Shown in pieces: positions 1 through 15,023 of a stretch of 64,000 nucleotides of DNA. The notes below the pieces were generated by a model that saw nothing but the letters and a program-made list of their open reading frames with translations, ran no database searches and had not been told where the DNA came from. The position numbers and the translations under genes were made by a program. Source of the DNA: Zygnema circumcarinatum SAG 698-1b (taxonomy: Eukaryota; Plantae; Zygnematophyceae); contig CM074808.1 of NCBI GenBank assembly GCA_037447605.1, positions 2,356,001-2,420,000 of the forward strand, given 5' to 3'. Within the stretch, counting starts at the first letter, position 1; each line of letters starts with the position of its first letter.

Positions 1-141
1 ACCGCTGCAAGGCGGCACATCAAGCAGCTATGTCTCAGAGGCTGATTTTTGTAGCGCTAGCGACTTGGAAAATTTATAGAATCTACATATGCTGTTGCAA
101 AAATCTTACACAACAGAGTGGGAAAAAAATGAACTAATGAC

Positions 142-498
142 CTTTCAACATGGTTCTTGATGAAATCAACGTGCATCACACGGTAGCGGGGTACAAATAA
201 GGCCGGCAACTTGTTGTTTGCGATGTCCCGGAGGATAATCAGAGCAGCTTCTGCAAGACACGTCACAAACTTCAAGCTGATAGTTTATGGAAATCCAAGC
301 AGCAGAAGTCATTTTGACGTTTCTGGAGAATAAGCAAGCCGTAATTTCAAGTAGTACTAATAATAGCTAAAGTGCTCCAACCCCATTCTGGGGGGTCGCA
401 TTGGTGGCTGCACCTTCAATCATGCGCAGAATACCGCCTTCAGCAGCGTGACGGGTTCCTTCCTGCAGCAGCTGCGATGTCTGCACGCCCTCCGCCAT
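142..498 (-). CDS. 5' exons of a possible SPO11-1-like (topoisomerase VI subunit A family) gene; continues toward or beyond the window start
   Basis: Exon 414-498 (ATG, phase-1 GT donor) splices in frame to an exon from 250 down to ~142 (TTGCAG acceptor), giving MAEGVQTSQLLQEGTRHAAEGGILRMIE-EAALIILRDIANNKLPALFVPRYR. From memory this resembles the plant SPO11-1 N-terminus (LLQRIK...VVDLAEGRSPKISINQFR). No catalytic motif lies in the window and the next exon could not be resolved. Confidence 0.4.
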
Positions 499-844
499 GC
501 CGTTGTCAAGCTTCAAGTTGCAAGTTCCTGCAAGAGCGAGCAAGAGGTACCACCGGTTCGTCCCGCGGTACGCTGCCTGCAACGGTGCGGCGGACACTCG
601 ATACTGCAACTAGGGACGCCAGTAATACATTTGATGGACGGTTGGACCATCCTCCCCTTCCTCGAAGCTTCGCGTCCCTTCGGCATCGCGCTCGCCTCAC
701 CAGCGCCCGTGTTGGGCGTCCCTACGCTCGCCGCCGGACATTTGTACGGTCGTAACTTATGTGTGTTCGCGCGGCCTACCGCCGCGCGCCACGTGGTCAA
801 TCCCGACTTCCCGTGTTCCCCACTAGGGGGTCTCAGACTTAAAC

Positions 845-882
845 AAAACTTGGTAATCGTACAGCTTGGTAATTGGTAATCG
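845..882 (+). repeat. 38-bp subterminal direct repeat, left copy (identical copy at 9873-9910)
   Basis: AAAACTTGGTAATCGTACAGCTTGGTAATTGGTAATCG occurs at 845-882 and 9873-9910 in the same orientation. Further TTGGT(A/C)AT-like motifs occur at ~895-1075 and ~9755-9785. Confidence 0.9.
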
Positions 883-1860
883 GGGATAGAGAAATTGGTA
901 ATAATGATTACTTTGCCGAACCTGTGCCGAACCAAATGCAAGTCAACGCTGGTAATCGTACAAGTCCGAAATTGGTCATGGGCGCCCCAATACTTGGTAA
1001 TCGTACAGCCTATCACCAGAAACTTATCACCACCCAAAACGGTGGTTTTCGGTCTCCGCGAAAGGAAATGGTAATGAAACGGGCGTCACCATGACGTCCA
1101 CACCCCGGCCTGACATCCCCCTCCCCGCCCGCCGCCACCTACCGCCTCCTCCTCCCCTGCGTGCCGCCCGCCATGGCCCGAGCGTCCCTCTTGCTCCCGC
1201 GTGCCAGCCGCTAGCGCTCCTCCAAAACCGACCGGCGCGGTATCCCACCTCTCTCCCGCTTTCCCTCTCTTTCCCAACCCTCCCATTTTTTCGTAGTTTT
1301 GTTCTTCCCATCCTTACCTTATCCTTATTTTCTCATACTTTGTTGGAAAGAACTCTTCTGCAATACACGAATGAGGATGTTGCGTGGCCTTGCCTCACCT
1401 TGGTGTCCTTTCCTTCTCGGTGTGCTTCGCTGCCTCTGCTGCCCTTTGCCATGAAGAATGCATCGCTCTCGTCTGTCTTGGTTTGCGAAAGGCGGGACAT
1501 TCTCTTGTTTGAGCCAATTTTAGAGCAGTTAATTACTCACCGTCACATTGTGTCCTGACTATTGCTCCAGATGAGGAGATGCCACCTCACCTCACCTCTG
1601 CAGCAACCTGTTGTACCTCATGCCATTGCTTTTCCGACAACTGTTTTCACATCTGGAGTTCATACACATGAACTCCAGATGTTAGAGAAAGAGAACGTGG
1701 ACCCATCGACGTTGCTTGCTTTCACGCAAGCCACAACAAAAATTGTCCCCATTCAAAATGAGGTAACACTTTTCTCCCTCTTCTCTCTTTCTGTCTTTCC
1801 CTCCCGGAGTTCTCTCCTGCAATATCCACTCTCTAACTTCTTCACCACTCTACCTCTCTC

Positions 1861-3395
1861 CTTTCTTTCCCTCTCCCTCTCCCTCTCCCTCTCCCTCTCC
1901 CTCTCCCTCTCCCTCTCCCTCTCCCTCTCCCTCTCCCTCTCCCTCTCCCTCTCCCTCTCCTCTCCCTGCTCCCTCTCCCTTTCTCCCTCTCTCCCTCTCC
2001 CTCTCCCTCTCCCTCTCCCTCTCCCTCTCCCTCTCCCTCTCCCTCTCCCTCTCCTCTCCCTCTCCTCTCCCTCTCCCTCTCCCTCTCCCTCTCTCCCTCT
2101 CCCTCTCCCTCTCCCTCTCCCTCTCCCTCTCCCTCCTCTCCCTCCCCTCGCCTCCATCTCCCATCTCCCCTTTGTCTCCCACTTACCAATGCCTCTCCCT
2201 CTCCATTTCCCACTGCCTCACCCTCTCCCTATCCCTCTCTTCTTCCCTCTACCTCTTCCTCTCCATTTCCCACTGCCTCTCCCTCTCCCTATCCCACTCC
2301 CTCACCCTCTCCCTCCCCCTCCGCTCTCCATCTCCCTCTCCCCCTTTGTCGCCCACTACCAATGCCTCTCCCTCTCCATTTCCCACTCCCTCCCCCTCTC
2401 CCTATCCCTCTCTTCTTCCCACTACCTCTTCCTCTCCATTTCCCACTGCCTCACCCTCTCCTTATCCCTCTCTTCTTCCCTCTACCTCTTCCTGTAGCGA
2501 AACGCTATACATGTGTTGTATGGCCTAGTACTTGCATCCGCGGTTGCCTTTTAATGGTAAAGCACTGGTGTGGGTACCGGGAGGTCTTGTGTTCAAACCC
2601 TGCTGAGGTCGGGTTTGTTACATTGGTATCAGAGCCAGTGCCCGGTATTTGTAATCCACCCTAAAAACACCGTGATCTCTGAGCATGGTACGGAACCCGT
2701 TCCTTAGTGGCTTTGAGGGGCTAGGCCGTAGTCCGTGTGTTGAAGGAGCTTGGCAATTTCTTTACCGTTAAAACCGCGAGTCTTGTTCGAGGCGACTGAT
2801 TTTAGGTAGGGGAGAATGTAAGCGAAAGCGCTACTCACATTGTGTTGTATGGCCTGAATGCTGCGTCAGCGGTTGCGCTTTTTAATGGTAAAACAACTTG
2901 GTGTGGAGTGCAGGGAGATGCTTGTGTTGAAACACTTTAGGTTGGCGGAGTTTATTCCAGCTTCTCTCCATTTCCCATTTACTCTCCCTCTCCCTATCAG
3001 CTGCCTCTCTCTCTCCCGTCTCAGCGCCTCTCCCTGCTCCTCTCCGTCTCAGTACAGTACTGCGCCTACTCCCTATCCTCTACTTCCGCTGCCTCTTCTC
3101 TCCGTCTCTACTTGCCTGCACTTCTCCTATCCTACTCTTAGCACCACTACCTCTTCCCTCTTACGTTTCCATTTGCCTCTCCTTCTCCACTATCCTCCTC
3201 CTACTCCATTTGCCTCTCCTACTCCATGCTACATTTTACTCTCCCTGCTCTTTTATCCTCTCCCCTGCTCAGCTTTGGTATCCTTTCTCTTTTATCCCTC
3301 TCCGCTTCTCCCTGCTCGAGCACACTTTCTCCACCGGTTCTGTCTTACTTTTCTCTACTCTCCCACTTTCTCCTTTTCTCTCCCGTATTTTTTTA
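1861..3395 (+). repeat. Pyrimidine-rich (CTCTCC)n and derived minisatellite, interrupted by the TRIM
   Basis: CTCTCC hexamers at 1861-2130 grade into longer units containing CTCCATTTCCCACTGCCTC. The low-complexity tract resumes at 2961-3395. Confidence 0.9.
2493..2959 (+). mobile_element. TRIM (miniature non-autonomous LTR retrotransposon)
   Basis: LTR1 is 2493-2622 (TGTA...TACA). The PBS TGGTATCAGAGCCA at 2624-2637 is complementary to the plant initiator tRNA-Met 3' end. There is a ~180-bp non-coding interior, a PPT AGGTAGGGGAGAA at 2804-2816, and a diverged LTR2 at 2817-~2959. The TSD is approximate (CTTCC / CTTCT). Confidence 0.8.
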
Positions 3396-3544
3396 CCTAC
3401 TGATGTAGCGGGTCAATGATGGGTTGGCATAGCATCTTTGCCACTTAATGACAATGCGTGTGGGAGTATCACGCCCAGTCGCTGGGGCCAGCGTTGACTA
3501 AAGAGGACATAGAGCAGCATTATAACTTTGGTTGAGCGTGAAGA

Positions 3545-6936
<3,392 letters not shown>

Positions 6937-7635
6937 ATGTCTTCTGAGTTCATCTCTAGTGACCATTTTGAGTCCCTTTTTCTTAAAAGCCAAAAAAAAA
7001 GGCTGCTTGTAGTGTGTTGTTTGTCATTAGTGAAATTGAGTAGACCTTCCAAGTTTTGTACTGCTTTCTATAGCGTGTAAGATGCACATCAAAGTAATGG
7101 ATTGTGTATACATTATGAATGTTATTATAGGTGGCATTGTGGATGGAGTATGGTGTTAAGATGCTTTGTTCTCAAGGTAGCTTCAAGCCTTAAAAACTCG
7201 TGGTTGCTGTAACGCCTATTGAGAACAAGAAGAGCATAAAAGACGACCGAGTGAGAAGGAGGGCGACGGAGGGACAGGAATACTAAAAACCCTAAAAACA
7301 AAAAGAGGATGACCATGTTCCTCAAGTAAACGCGTTTGTTCACAAAGTAAGTCTTAACAGTTCCTAATGAATGAATAATCTGAATAACTTCTTCCTCTTT
7401 CGCCCTTGTTCCTCTCCACGTCTCTTTTTTCCATACTCCTTTTTCTTGCCACCCCCATTTTATCCTCGTCTCCCTCCTCTCCTTCCTAATTTCCCTATTC
7501 CACCTATGCATGCATTATGAATACTCGAACATCGCGTTTCTTTCATCAACGACGTGGCGCAACTCCCAATTCGTACCCCAATCCACACGTCTACTTCGGC
7601 ACCTGCGTTTGGAAACACCTCTTATTTGTTGTCTA

Positions 7636-8460
7636 GGGAGAGGGAGCGGGAGAGAGAGAGGTAGTGAGAGTGGGAGATGGAGAGGGATAAAGAGAGGGAG
7701 AGGGAGAGGCAGTGGGATAAGAAGAGGCAGTGGGAGAGGGAGAAGGTAAGAGAGAGGAGGCAGTATGGGTGTTAGGTGGAGAGGGAGAGACAGTGGGAGG
7801 GGGGGAGGGATAAAGAGAGGGAGAGGGATAAAGAGAGGGAGAGGCAGTGGGAGATGGAGAGGGAAAGGGAGAAGCAATGGAAGATGGAGAGGGAAGCAAT
7901 GGGAGATGGAGATGGAAGGGTAAGAGAGGGAGAGGAGGGAGATGGAGAGGGGTGTTAGGGGGAGTGGGAGAGGGAGTGGGAGGGGGGGAGGAGGGAAAGG
8001 CAGTGGGAGATGGAGAGGGATAAAGAGAGGGAGATGCAGTGGGAGATGGAGAGGGAAAGGGAGAAGCAATGGGAGATGGAGAGGGAAAGGCAGTGGGAGA
8101 TGGAGATGGATAAAGAGAGGGAGATGCAGTGGGAGATGGAGAGGGAAAGGGAGAAGCAATGGGAGATGGAGAAGGAAAGGGAAAGGCAGTGGGAGTGGGA
8201 GAGGGAGAGGCAGTGGGAGAGGGAGAGGGAAAGATAGTGGGAGAAGGAGAGGGATAAAGAGAGGGAGAGGCAGTTGGAGCTGGTGAGGGAAAGGGAGAGG
8301 CAGTGGGAGTGGGAGAGGGAGAGGCAGTAGGAGAAGGGAGAGGGAAAAGGAGTAAGAGCGGTAGTCAGCGAGAGTGAGGGAGTCGGGGGGAGAGAAAAAG
8401 AAAGAGAGGGAGAAAAAACAAGAGAGAAAACAAAAGATAGAGAGAAAGAACTAGGAGGGA
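7636..8460 (+). repeat. Purine-rich minisatellite (GAGGCAGTGGGAGATGGAGAGGG-type units)
   Basis: Repeated GGGAGAGGCAGTGGGAGATGGAGAGGGA(T/A)AA units; reverse-complement related to the 2170-2490 units. Confidence 0.9.
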
Positions 8461-8493
8461 AAAAATAGAAAACTCACCAAGCAAACGAGGACA

Positions 8494-9708
8494 CTATCCA
8501 TCAGTGATAGGAAGCCGACCGTTGTTGTTATTCGTTTCCAAGCATACTCTCTTGATGCTTTCACGAAATTGTTGTGCCGACCCTCTTTCTGCCCACTCTT
8601 TGTCTGGCAATGTAAACGTGTTACTTGTCTCCCCATCATCTTCTCCCTCTTCCCATTCGTCTCTCAAATCAGCAAGCATGTTGTGTAAGATAACACATGC
8701 TTCTACTCTCTCTATAACAGGTAGTAATTCTTTTTTCTTTCGAACTTGTTGTGGTAGCAATTTTAAAGATGCGAATCTACTCTTAATAATCCCTATTGTG
8801 TGCTCATTTCGCACCCTAACTTTTGCAATACAGTAGTTAAATTCTGTATTTTCTCGAAAGATAGTGTGGGGATGCTTATATGGAACTAACATCCTTGTAG
8901 TTAACTTATAGCCTGCATCCCCTATAAGATACTGTCCTCTTGAGAAAAACTTTTCAGGCTGTTGACTTATAGCCATAGTACTAAAGACATAAGAATCTGC
9001 ACATGAACCAGCGTAACCAACTTGAAACCCTATGATACGCTTATCCATATCACAAATAACTTGCATGTTAAGTGAGTATCGACATTTTCTGTCGGAATAA
9101 ACTTCCCCATCTTCCCCTGGCCGTTGTGATAAAGGTAAAACTGTCCCATCTATAAACCCAACACAGCCTGGAAATCCTTCTTTTTCTAAAGTCTTTGATA
9201 TTTCTTGTCTTCTGCAAGCATTTGGCCACACAACCCATTCTTTTGAAAGAGATCTAAGTGCCTTTACAACTCGCTTTGTGAACAAAAATGTAGTCCCTTC
9301 TCCAATCCCAAACAATCGGGCTATCTCCCCGTGACTTGCCCCATTCCCGTTATGTCCTAATCTATATAATGCTATAGCTACTTGATAATGTACAGCAGTT
9401 TGAGGACACCTACTACCATTTTTAAAAACTTTATCTTTTTCAACTAATTTTACAAGTTGTGCAAATGCAGTTGTACTGGTACGAAAGGTTTGCCGAAAGC
9501 TACTTTCGTCCATATATAAACTATGGTAAAGTAAGTACTGAGAACTCTTCTTCAAGTTTAGACGGTCATGAAGATACCGTGTACCTTCAATATTCTTGTA
9601 CAATCCAAACAAAAATTGTATCTCTCTTACTTCCTTTGAAGACTGCATGTTGTTCCTGTCTTTCTTGCAAAAAGCGTAGACTATCAAGCCCATCAGTATT
9701 CTGAGCAT
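8494..9708 (-). CDS. PIF/Harbinger DDE transposase (DDE_Tnp_4 type), 404 aa, intronless, open frame
   Basis: HTH-like region (VAIALYRLG...IARLFGIGEGT) and catalytic motifs GFIDGT, CDMDKRI, GYAGSCADSYVF, LIGDAGY, RVRNEHTIGIIKSRF and CVILHNM. Confidence 0.95.
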   Translation of the reverse strand: MLRILMGLIVYAFCKKDRNNMQSSKEVREIQFLFGLYKNIEGTRYLHDRLNLKKSSQYLLYHSLYMDESSFRQTFRTSTTAFAQLVKLVEKDKVFKNGSRCPQTAVHYQVAIALYRLGHNGNGASHGEIARLFGIGEGTTFLFTKRVVKALRSLSKEWVVWPNACRRQEISKTLEKEGFPGCVGFIDGTVLPLSQRPGEDGEVYSDRKCRYSLNMQVICDMDKRIIGFQVGYAGSCADSYVFSTMAISQQPEKFFSRGQYLIGDAGYKLTTRMLVPYKHPHTIFRENTEFNYCIAKVRVRNEHTIGIIKSRFASLKLLPQQVRKKKELLPVIERVEACVILHNMLADLRDEWEEGEDDGETSNTFTLPDKEWAERGSAQQFRESIKRVCLETNNNNGRLPITDG

Positions 9709-9719
9709 GTGGTCTTTAT

Positions 9720-9729
9720 NNNNNNNNNN
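9720..9729. other. Assembly gap (10 N)
   Basis: N run. Confidence 1.
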
Positions 9730-10697
9730 TTTGAGACCCCCCCGCGCAGGCGAAGTTGGTCATCGCGCCTTTGGAAATTGGTCATACCGGCAAATGCGGA
9801 GTGGTGATAAAGTCACGTCGCGTCACGATCACGGTTACGTTCGGGGGGCGCGAGACTGGTGAAGTTGACTCGAAAACTTGGTAATCGTACAGCTTGGTAA
9901 TTGGTAATCGTTTTTTAAGTCTGAGACCCCCTACTACGTAGAGAATAAGGACGACAATGCTAGCGGCCTGTTCAGACCGCGACCAAATCACCTGAGGACC
10001 ATTGTTCACCATGTTAGTGCACATTAGTTAGTGGTATATAGTTCATGGGAGCATGTTCTTGTTTAAGAGTCTATATGGCAGGCTAGTCTAGGGTCGGTCT
10101 AGAGGGCTGCACATTGGAGGAGCGCGTGGCGCATTCTGATTGGTCGCAGAATGGGCGTGGAGCGACGTATTTTGTTGTTCACTGGTGCTTGCATGCTTGT
10201 ATTCTGTATGCACAATGTAGAGTATAGGATGCAGAGTGCACTCCCTACATCCTGCATTGTGCACTCTTGCAATTCACAGCTTGCTTTCAAAAGCAAAAGT
10301 GAATCATTGAATGCAAAATGCCAGAAGGCCTTTCCATTTGAATTGTGAATTCTTCATGCAAAAGTGCAAAATGCGGAATGCAGGGCATTGGGCATGTTGC
10401 ATTGAAACCGTGCGGCGGATGCAGATGGCGGCCAAGTCCCTGAAACCACCCGGGAGCGGGCTGGCGGGGGCGCTCCTCTTGCCCCTTCGCGGCCGAGAGC
10501 CACGGGACTTCGCCGTTCATATGCCCATCCTTTTGTCCGTACCACACGGACGTCACCCCGCGTCATGAAAGAAGCTTCCGCGCAAGTGCGGACTCCCCGC
10601 GGCCGGGCGGCCGGGCGGCAGGGCGGCCCCCGCCTCCACCTTCTCCACCTCCTCTTTCAGCAGACAGAGCGCGGGGCAAGCACAGAGGGAGGGCGCC

Positions 10698-13600
10698 ATG
10701 AGGCTCTTCGACTACGTGAGGGGCGCCAAGGGGCGCAGCGGGTTCGGGTCCGGCAGCACAGCCGAGGACGTCACTGCGGGAATCGACCTTTCTGGGAAGT
10801 ACGCCGTCGTCACTGGTGCGTTCGTCTGTCTGTGCATGCAGCTGGCAGCCATGGAATTATGCTCCCTGCTACTGTGAACCTTCTGCCGAGATCGCCTTCA
10901 CTAAGGGAGTAGTTGCGTCATGTTTCTTTCGAACGGGTCTTTAGCTGGCAGCAGCGGGACGACATGAGGCTTTCGTAAATGCGAGAGCTACAGCAAACGT
11001 GAAACACTTACTACTCGAAAAATGCAACAACGTCTCTAGAATTGTAAAGACGTTGCGATTCAAAAGTCAATAGCTACTTCAAGTTTTTTAGGAGGAAAGT
11101 AGTTCCGGCATCACACTCAGCACGATTCATGCTGTACTCAGTCGTACATGCAAACGATTATAGGACTGTTGTACTGCTCACATACGCGATCAGGCGACGA
11201 GTCCGAAAAAAAATTGAGATTCATTTTGCTGGGCCGTTCGGTTTAATCTGACACCTATTGTTAAATCGGGTCAAGTTATTAAGAGGCTCGTGCGTGGCCT
11301 AGTGATACTTCACTTCCCACTGCAGTGATACGAGTGTTCCTCGGGCAGTATACCTCACTATCGCCGCAGTTCCAATCGTGTAAAAACAACAAGGCGGCTC
11401 CTCTTTTGAATAGTCGTGCTAAAAAATGCGAGCTAGCAATAACCCTAGAATCGATCATTAGGGTTCCATTCTCATTCTGGCTCAGGGACGGGTTTTCAGG
11501 GTCCGGTTCGGGGCTGGGCAGGGAGACAGCGAGGGTGTTGGCCCTGCGGGGCGCTCACGTGGTGGTGGCTGTGCGCTCTCTCAAGAGCGGCGAAGAAACT
11601 GCGCGGATAATCCGCTTGTCCCTGCCAAATGCCGAGGTAACCAGCCGCAAAGCTGTTGAATGCGCGTTTCACATGCGAGCTTCACTCAGTTTCCTTTTCC
11701 TTCTGCAGCCCTTTTTCTGTCCGAGCCTTCTCCTTGGTCCTAGATCCTTCTCCCTGCTCACAGTTTCATCTCCTACGCCCATCCTCTCCTCGCCTTCTCT
11801 GCCTCTCCTCTCCTCTCCTCTCCTCTCCCTGCCAATAGGGCGAGCTGTAGCAGGGCCTCCTCGCCTCCTCACTACCTCTGTGGGGGGGGCCTTTGAGGCC
11901 ATCAGGTGGCGGTGATGGAGGTGGACCTGAGCTCCCTTGCGAGTGTTCGGTCCTTCGCGGAAGCGTACCGCGCTGAGAAATGGCCGCTTCACATTCTCAT
12001 GTGAGGACTCGGCAGGGGGCCTGATGCTGCTGCCTCTGCAATGGGTCTGTTTTGTACAGGTTGTTAAGTGAATTACATGGTGGGCTCTGACAGCAACAAT
12101 GCAGGAATTATGGCATGTCCGTTCACACTAAGTGCTGACGGGCACGAGCTGCAGTTCGCAACCAACCATCTCGGTACTCTCTCATCATACATTGCAGTAA
12201 AGTTCAATGGCTTGCATTGTACCCAGACACGGGCTTGATGTTTGCTGGAAAAAAGCGAAGATAAAGAACATTGAGGAAGAAAAGGCTTCACATGTAGTGT
12301 AAAGTGCGCCTCACAGTAGACTCAGAATTAGCAGACTGGGGAAGGAGCAGGAATCTTGAGCTTTAACGTATGGTTTTTTGAAATCACAACAAACTTTTTT
12401 CGCGGCATGCGCGGAATGCAAATCAGGGCATTTTTTGCTGGTGAATGAGCTCCTGCCGCTGCTCAAGCAGTCGGCCAATGCTTCCAATTCGGAGAGCCGC
12501 ATCGTCAATGTGGCGTCAATGGCGCACGAATTCGCCAAGAAAGGAGTGGGAGTGGACTTCGAGAAGATGAACAGCCAACAATCGTACGCCTTCAGACCTA
12601 CTATCCTCATCCCTCATCCCTCAGGTAGCGTGCTTGGGGGAGCTTCTGTATCTCTCTTTCGAGTTGGCATGTGAGGACGGTGCATGACGGAGGGGCAAGC
12701 AGGTACAAGCCATTGCAAGCATACGGGCAGTCGAAGTTGGCGAACATCCTCCATGCTAAAGAGCTCGCCGCACGACTGAAGGTGCGATCGAATCAACTGA
12801 ATCCCCGCTGCGCTTTCTCTGACAGAGGCTTCCAATCCGATTTTTCTCTTTTTTTTTCTCTTATCTTTTCTTTTTCTCTTATTTTTCTCTTTTTTCTTTT
12901 ATGTCGCATGTCAAGGAAGCCTTCCATATTTGAGAACTAACTGTAAAGTTATGATTTTAAATCCACTCCAGTATGGGGCAGCACCTGCATGCCCGACTGT
13001 GGCCTCTTTTCACAGGAAGTGTGGGTGTGGGGAGAGACACAGGCGGACGGCGTGACAAATGTCACAGCTAACGCCCTCTGCCCGGGCGCCATTGCCACCA
13101 GCCTGCAGCGCCACGTGGCCCCCGCGCTGTTCATAGGTGCGCGGCCAGCAGCATCTTGCCACGTGTTCTGACTGCATCCATCTTGCAGGCGGCGGCGCTT
13201 TAGACAGTGATGCTGTGGCGGAGCGATGGCCAGTCAACATGTGTAAAAAAATGCATGTAGAGAGGGATATCGCGATGTCGAGCAGGTTGCTCAGGGCGAA
13301 TGATGCATGCATTACGTCTGTCAAGCAGATGTTCGAGTCGATGTGATATTGATGGATTCGAGGCCTTGCTGTTGGATTGCAGATACTGCCACGCTTCTCT
13401 TTCGGCCCCTAGTCAAATCGATCCCGCAAGTGAGTGGTAGCTAGGCTTAGAGCCAGTTCTATGGCGTTTCGCATGGACTGGAGGTGGCTCTGTTTCCCGG
13501 GGTGCAACATTCCTTTGCTATTGTTTGTAGGACGTAGGGTCTATCCTGGCTCCTTGTTCACCACTGTTCTTACGTCTGACGGCCCTTCTACTGGTGAGCA

Positions 13601-13763
13601 GGGTGCTGCCACCTCCTGCTTTATCGCCTCTAGCCCAAGTTTGGAGGGCGTCTCCGGGAAGTACTTCTTTGACTGCAACGAGGGGGAGCCCAAGACTCCT
13701 GAAGCGAGGGACATGGACCTGGGGAGGAGGCTGTGGGAGTACTCGGAGAAGGCGGTGATGTGA
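10698..13763 (+). CDS. Short-chain dehydrogenase/reductase, Tic32/retinol-dehydrogenase-like, ~9 exons
   Basis: Spliced: [46 protein letters not shown] (TGxxxGxG split across the 10815/11500 junction), [10 protein letters not shown]...[24 protein letters not shown] (YxxxK), [16 protein letters not shown]|GAAT...GKYFFDCN...[10 protein letters not shown]. All junctions are GT-AG. Confidence 0.92.
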
Positions 13764-15023
13764 TCCACAGTTATACATCGCTTGGGAGGGACTGACTGCT
13801 TTTCCAGTGGCTTTCGAAAGGCCGGACCGTTTGTCTGGAGAGAATTTGGCAAAAGAAAGGCGACCTCCACTGTGGATGGAGCGAGATGGGGTCTGAAGCT
13901 GCTAGCGTCCACGCTGGACTTGTGTTATGTTGTGTGGAAGGATTCGGCTGCACGCGGTTAAATGGATAACGGCTCCGTGCGTACATGAACAGTCGTTCTC
14001 AGTGGGAAAAGCAGATAAGTTGTAATGGGAGGCAGAGGATGAGAAAATTTGACGGAAGTATTTTTTGTCTTACAAGTTGAGGGAATAGTAATAATAGATT
14101 GAAATTGAGTTAGATGGAAAAAACCTAATGAAGCAAAATTGGGTAGATTTTCTGGACACATTGATGCAAGACAAGGTGCAGACTCGCAGTCAACAAGCCC
14201 GCATCGAGCTGGAAAATGCATCGATGAGAAAGCTGGAGGGCGGTCAGTTCCACAAAGCAAACTGCACTGCTGTCAGATAATCCAGGAGCCAGCAATGTTC
14301 GCCACATTCAACGCTACATTGTTAATAATTTATGTTAATAAATCTCAAGCACAGTGTTTCCACCGAAAAACAACTGAACAGGATTCGGATCAATGGAAGT
14401 CTGTAGATATGATACCGCGACAAAAGAAACCTGCAACCTGAATACCTGAGAGTACCAGTTAATTAACAATACCACAACCAATTTACAGAGAGTTGGCTTT
14501 CCTCAACCAAGTCCGCTACTTCGCCTGCTGCCCCCGCTTTCCTCGTTTCAACTCTCTCAAGAGATCAACGGTCTAATTCGAGAACTGAAGAACGGGGCTT
14601 GCACAAGCGGTGCCTATCTCATTTACTTCACTAGAAGTTTGACCGGTTAGAATCTCCGATCAAAGCTTGGTCACCCTGACAAATACGCTGGAATGCCTTC
14701 AGAGTTGACTTCAATTATAACTAAAAGGACGAATAAAGAGCCCTGATTCACTATACGAGAATCCGATTTATTGGTTGACCACTAGTATACAACAAACCCC
14801 ATGCGTCCTGGAGGACAACTGCCTGCCTGGCCATTCCCTCAATCAACCACTGCCGTGGGCAAGAACAGGAAAGGACAAGGAACTTGCAGTTCCTAATCAA
14901 CATCCTGTTGGGCCGTCCACATCCTTAGTAATCTCCACGAGCAAGGAGCACTAATACCCCAAACGTTCAAAAGGCATAGGTCATTGATCCTTTTTATTAT
15001 GCACAGCGTTATTACCTGACCTT

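Noticed and set aside
1562-2664. Pro/Leu/Ser- and Arg/Gly/Glu-rich ORFs
   Set aside because: They are translations of the (CTCTCC)n minisatellite with no domain content.
7515-8286. ERQWE/PLPLH repeat ORFs
   Set aside because: They are translations of the purine-rich minisatellite in all frames.
10200-10420. TGCA-rich stretch with a 12-bp hairpin upstream of the SDR
   Set aside because: The stem is short, with no TIR/TSD pair or ncRNA motif to support a MITE or RNA gene.
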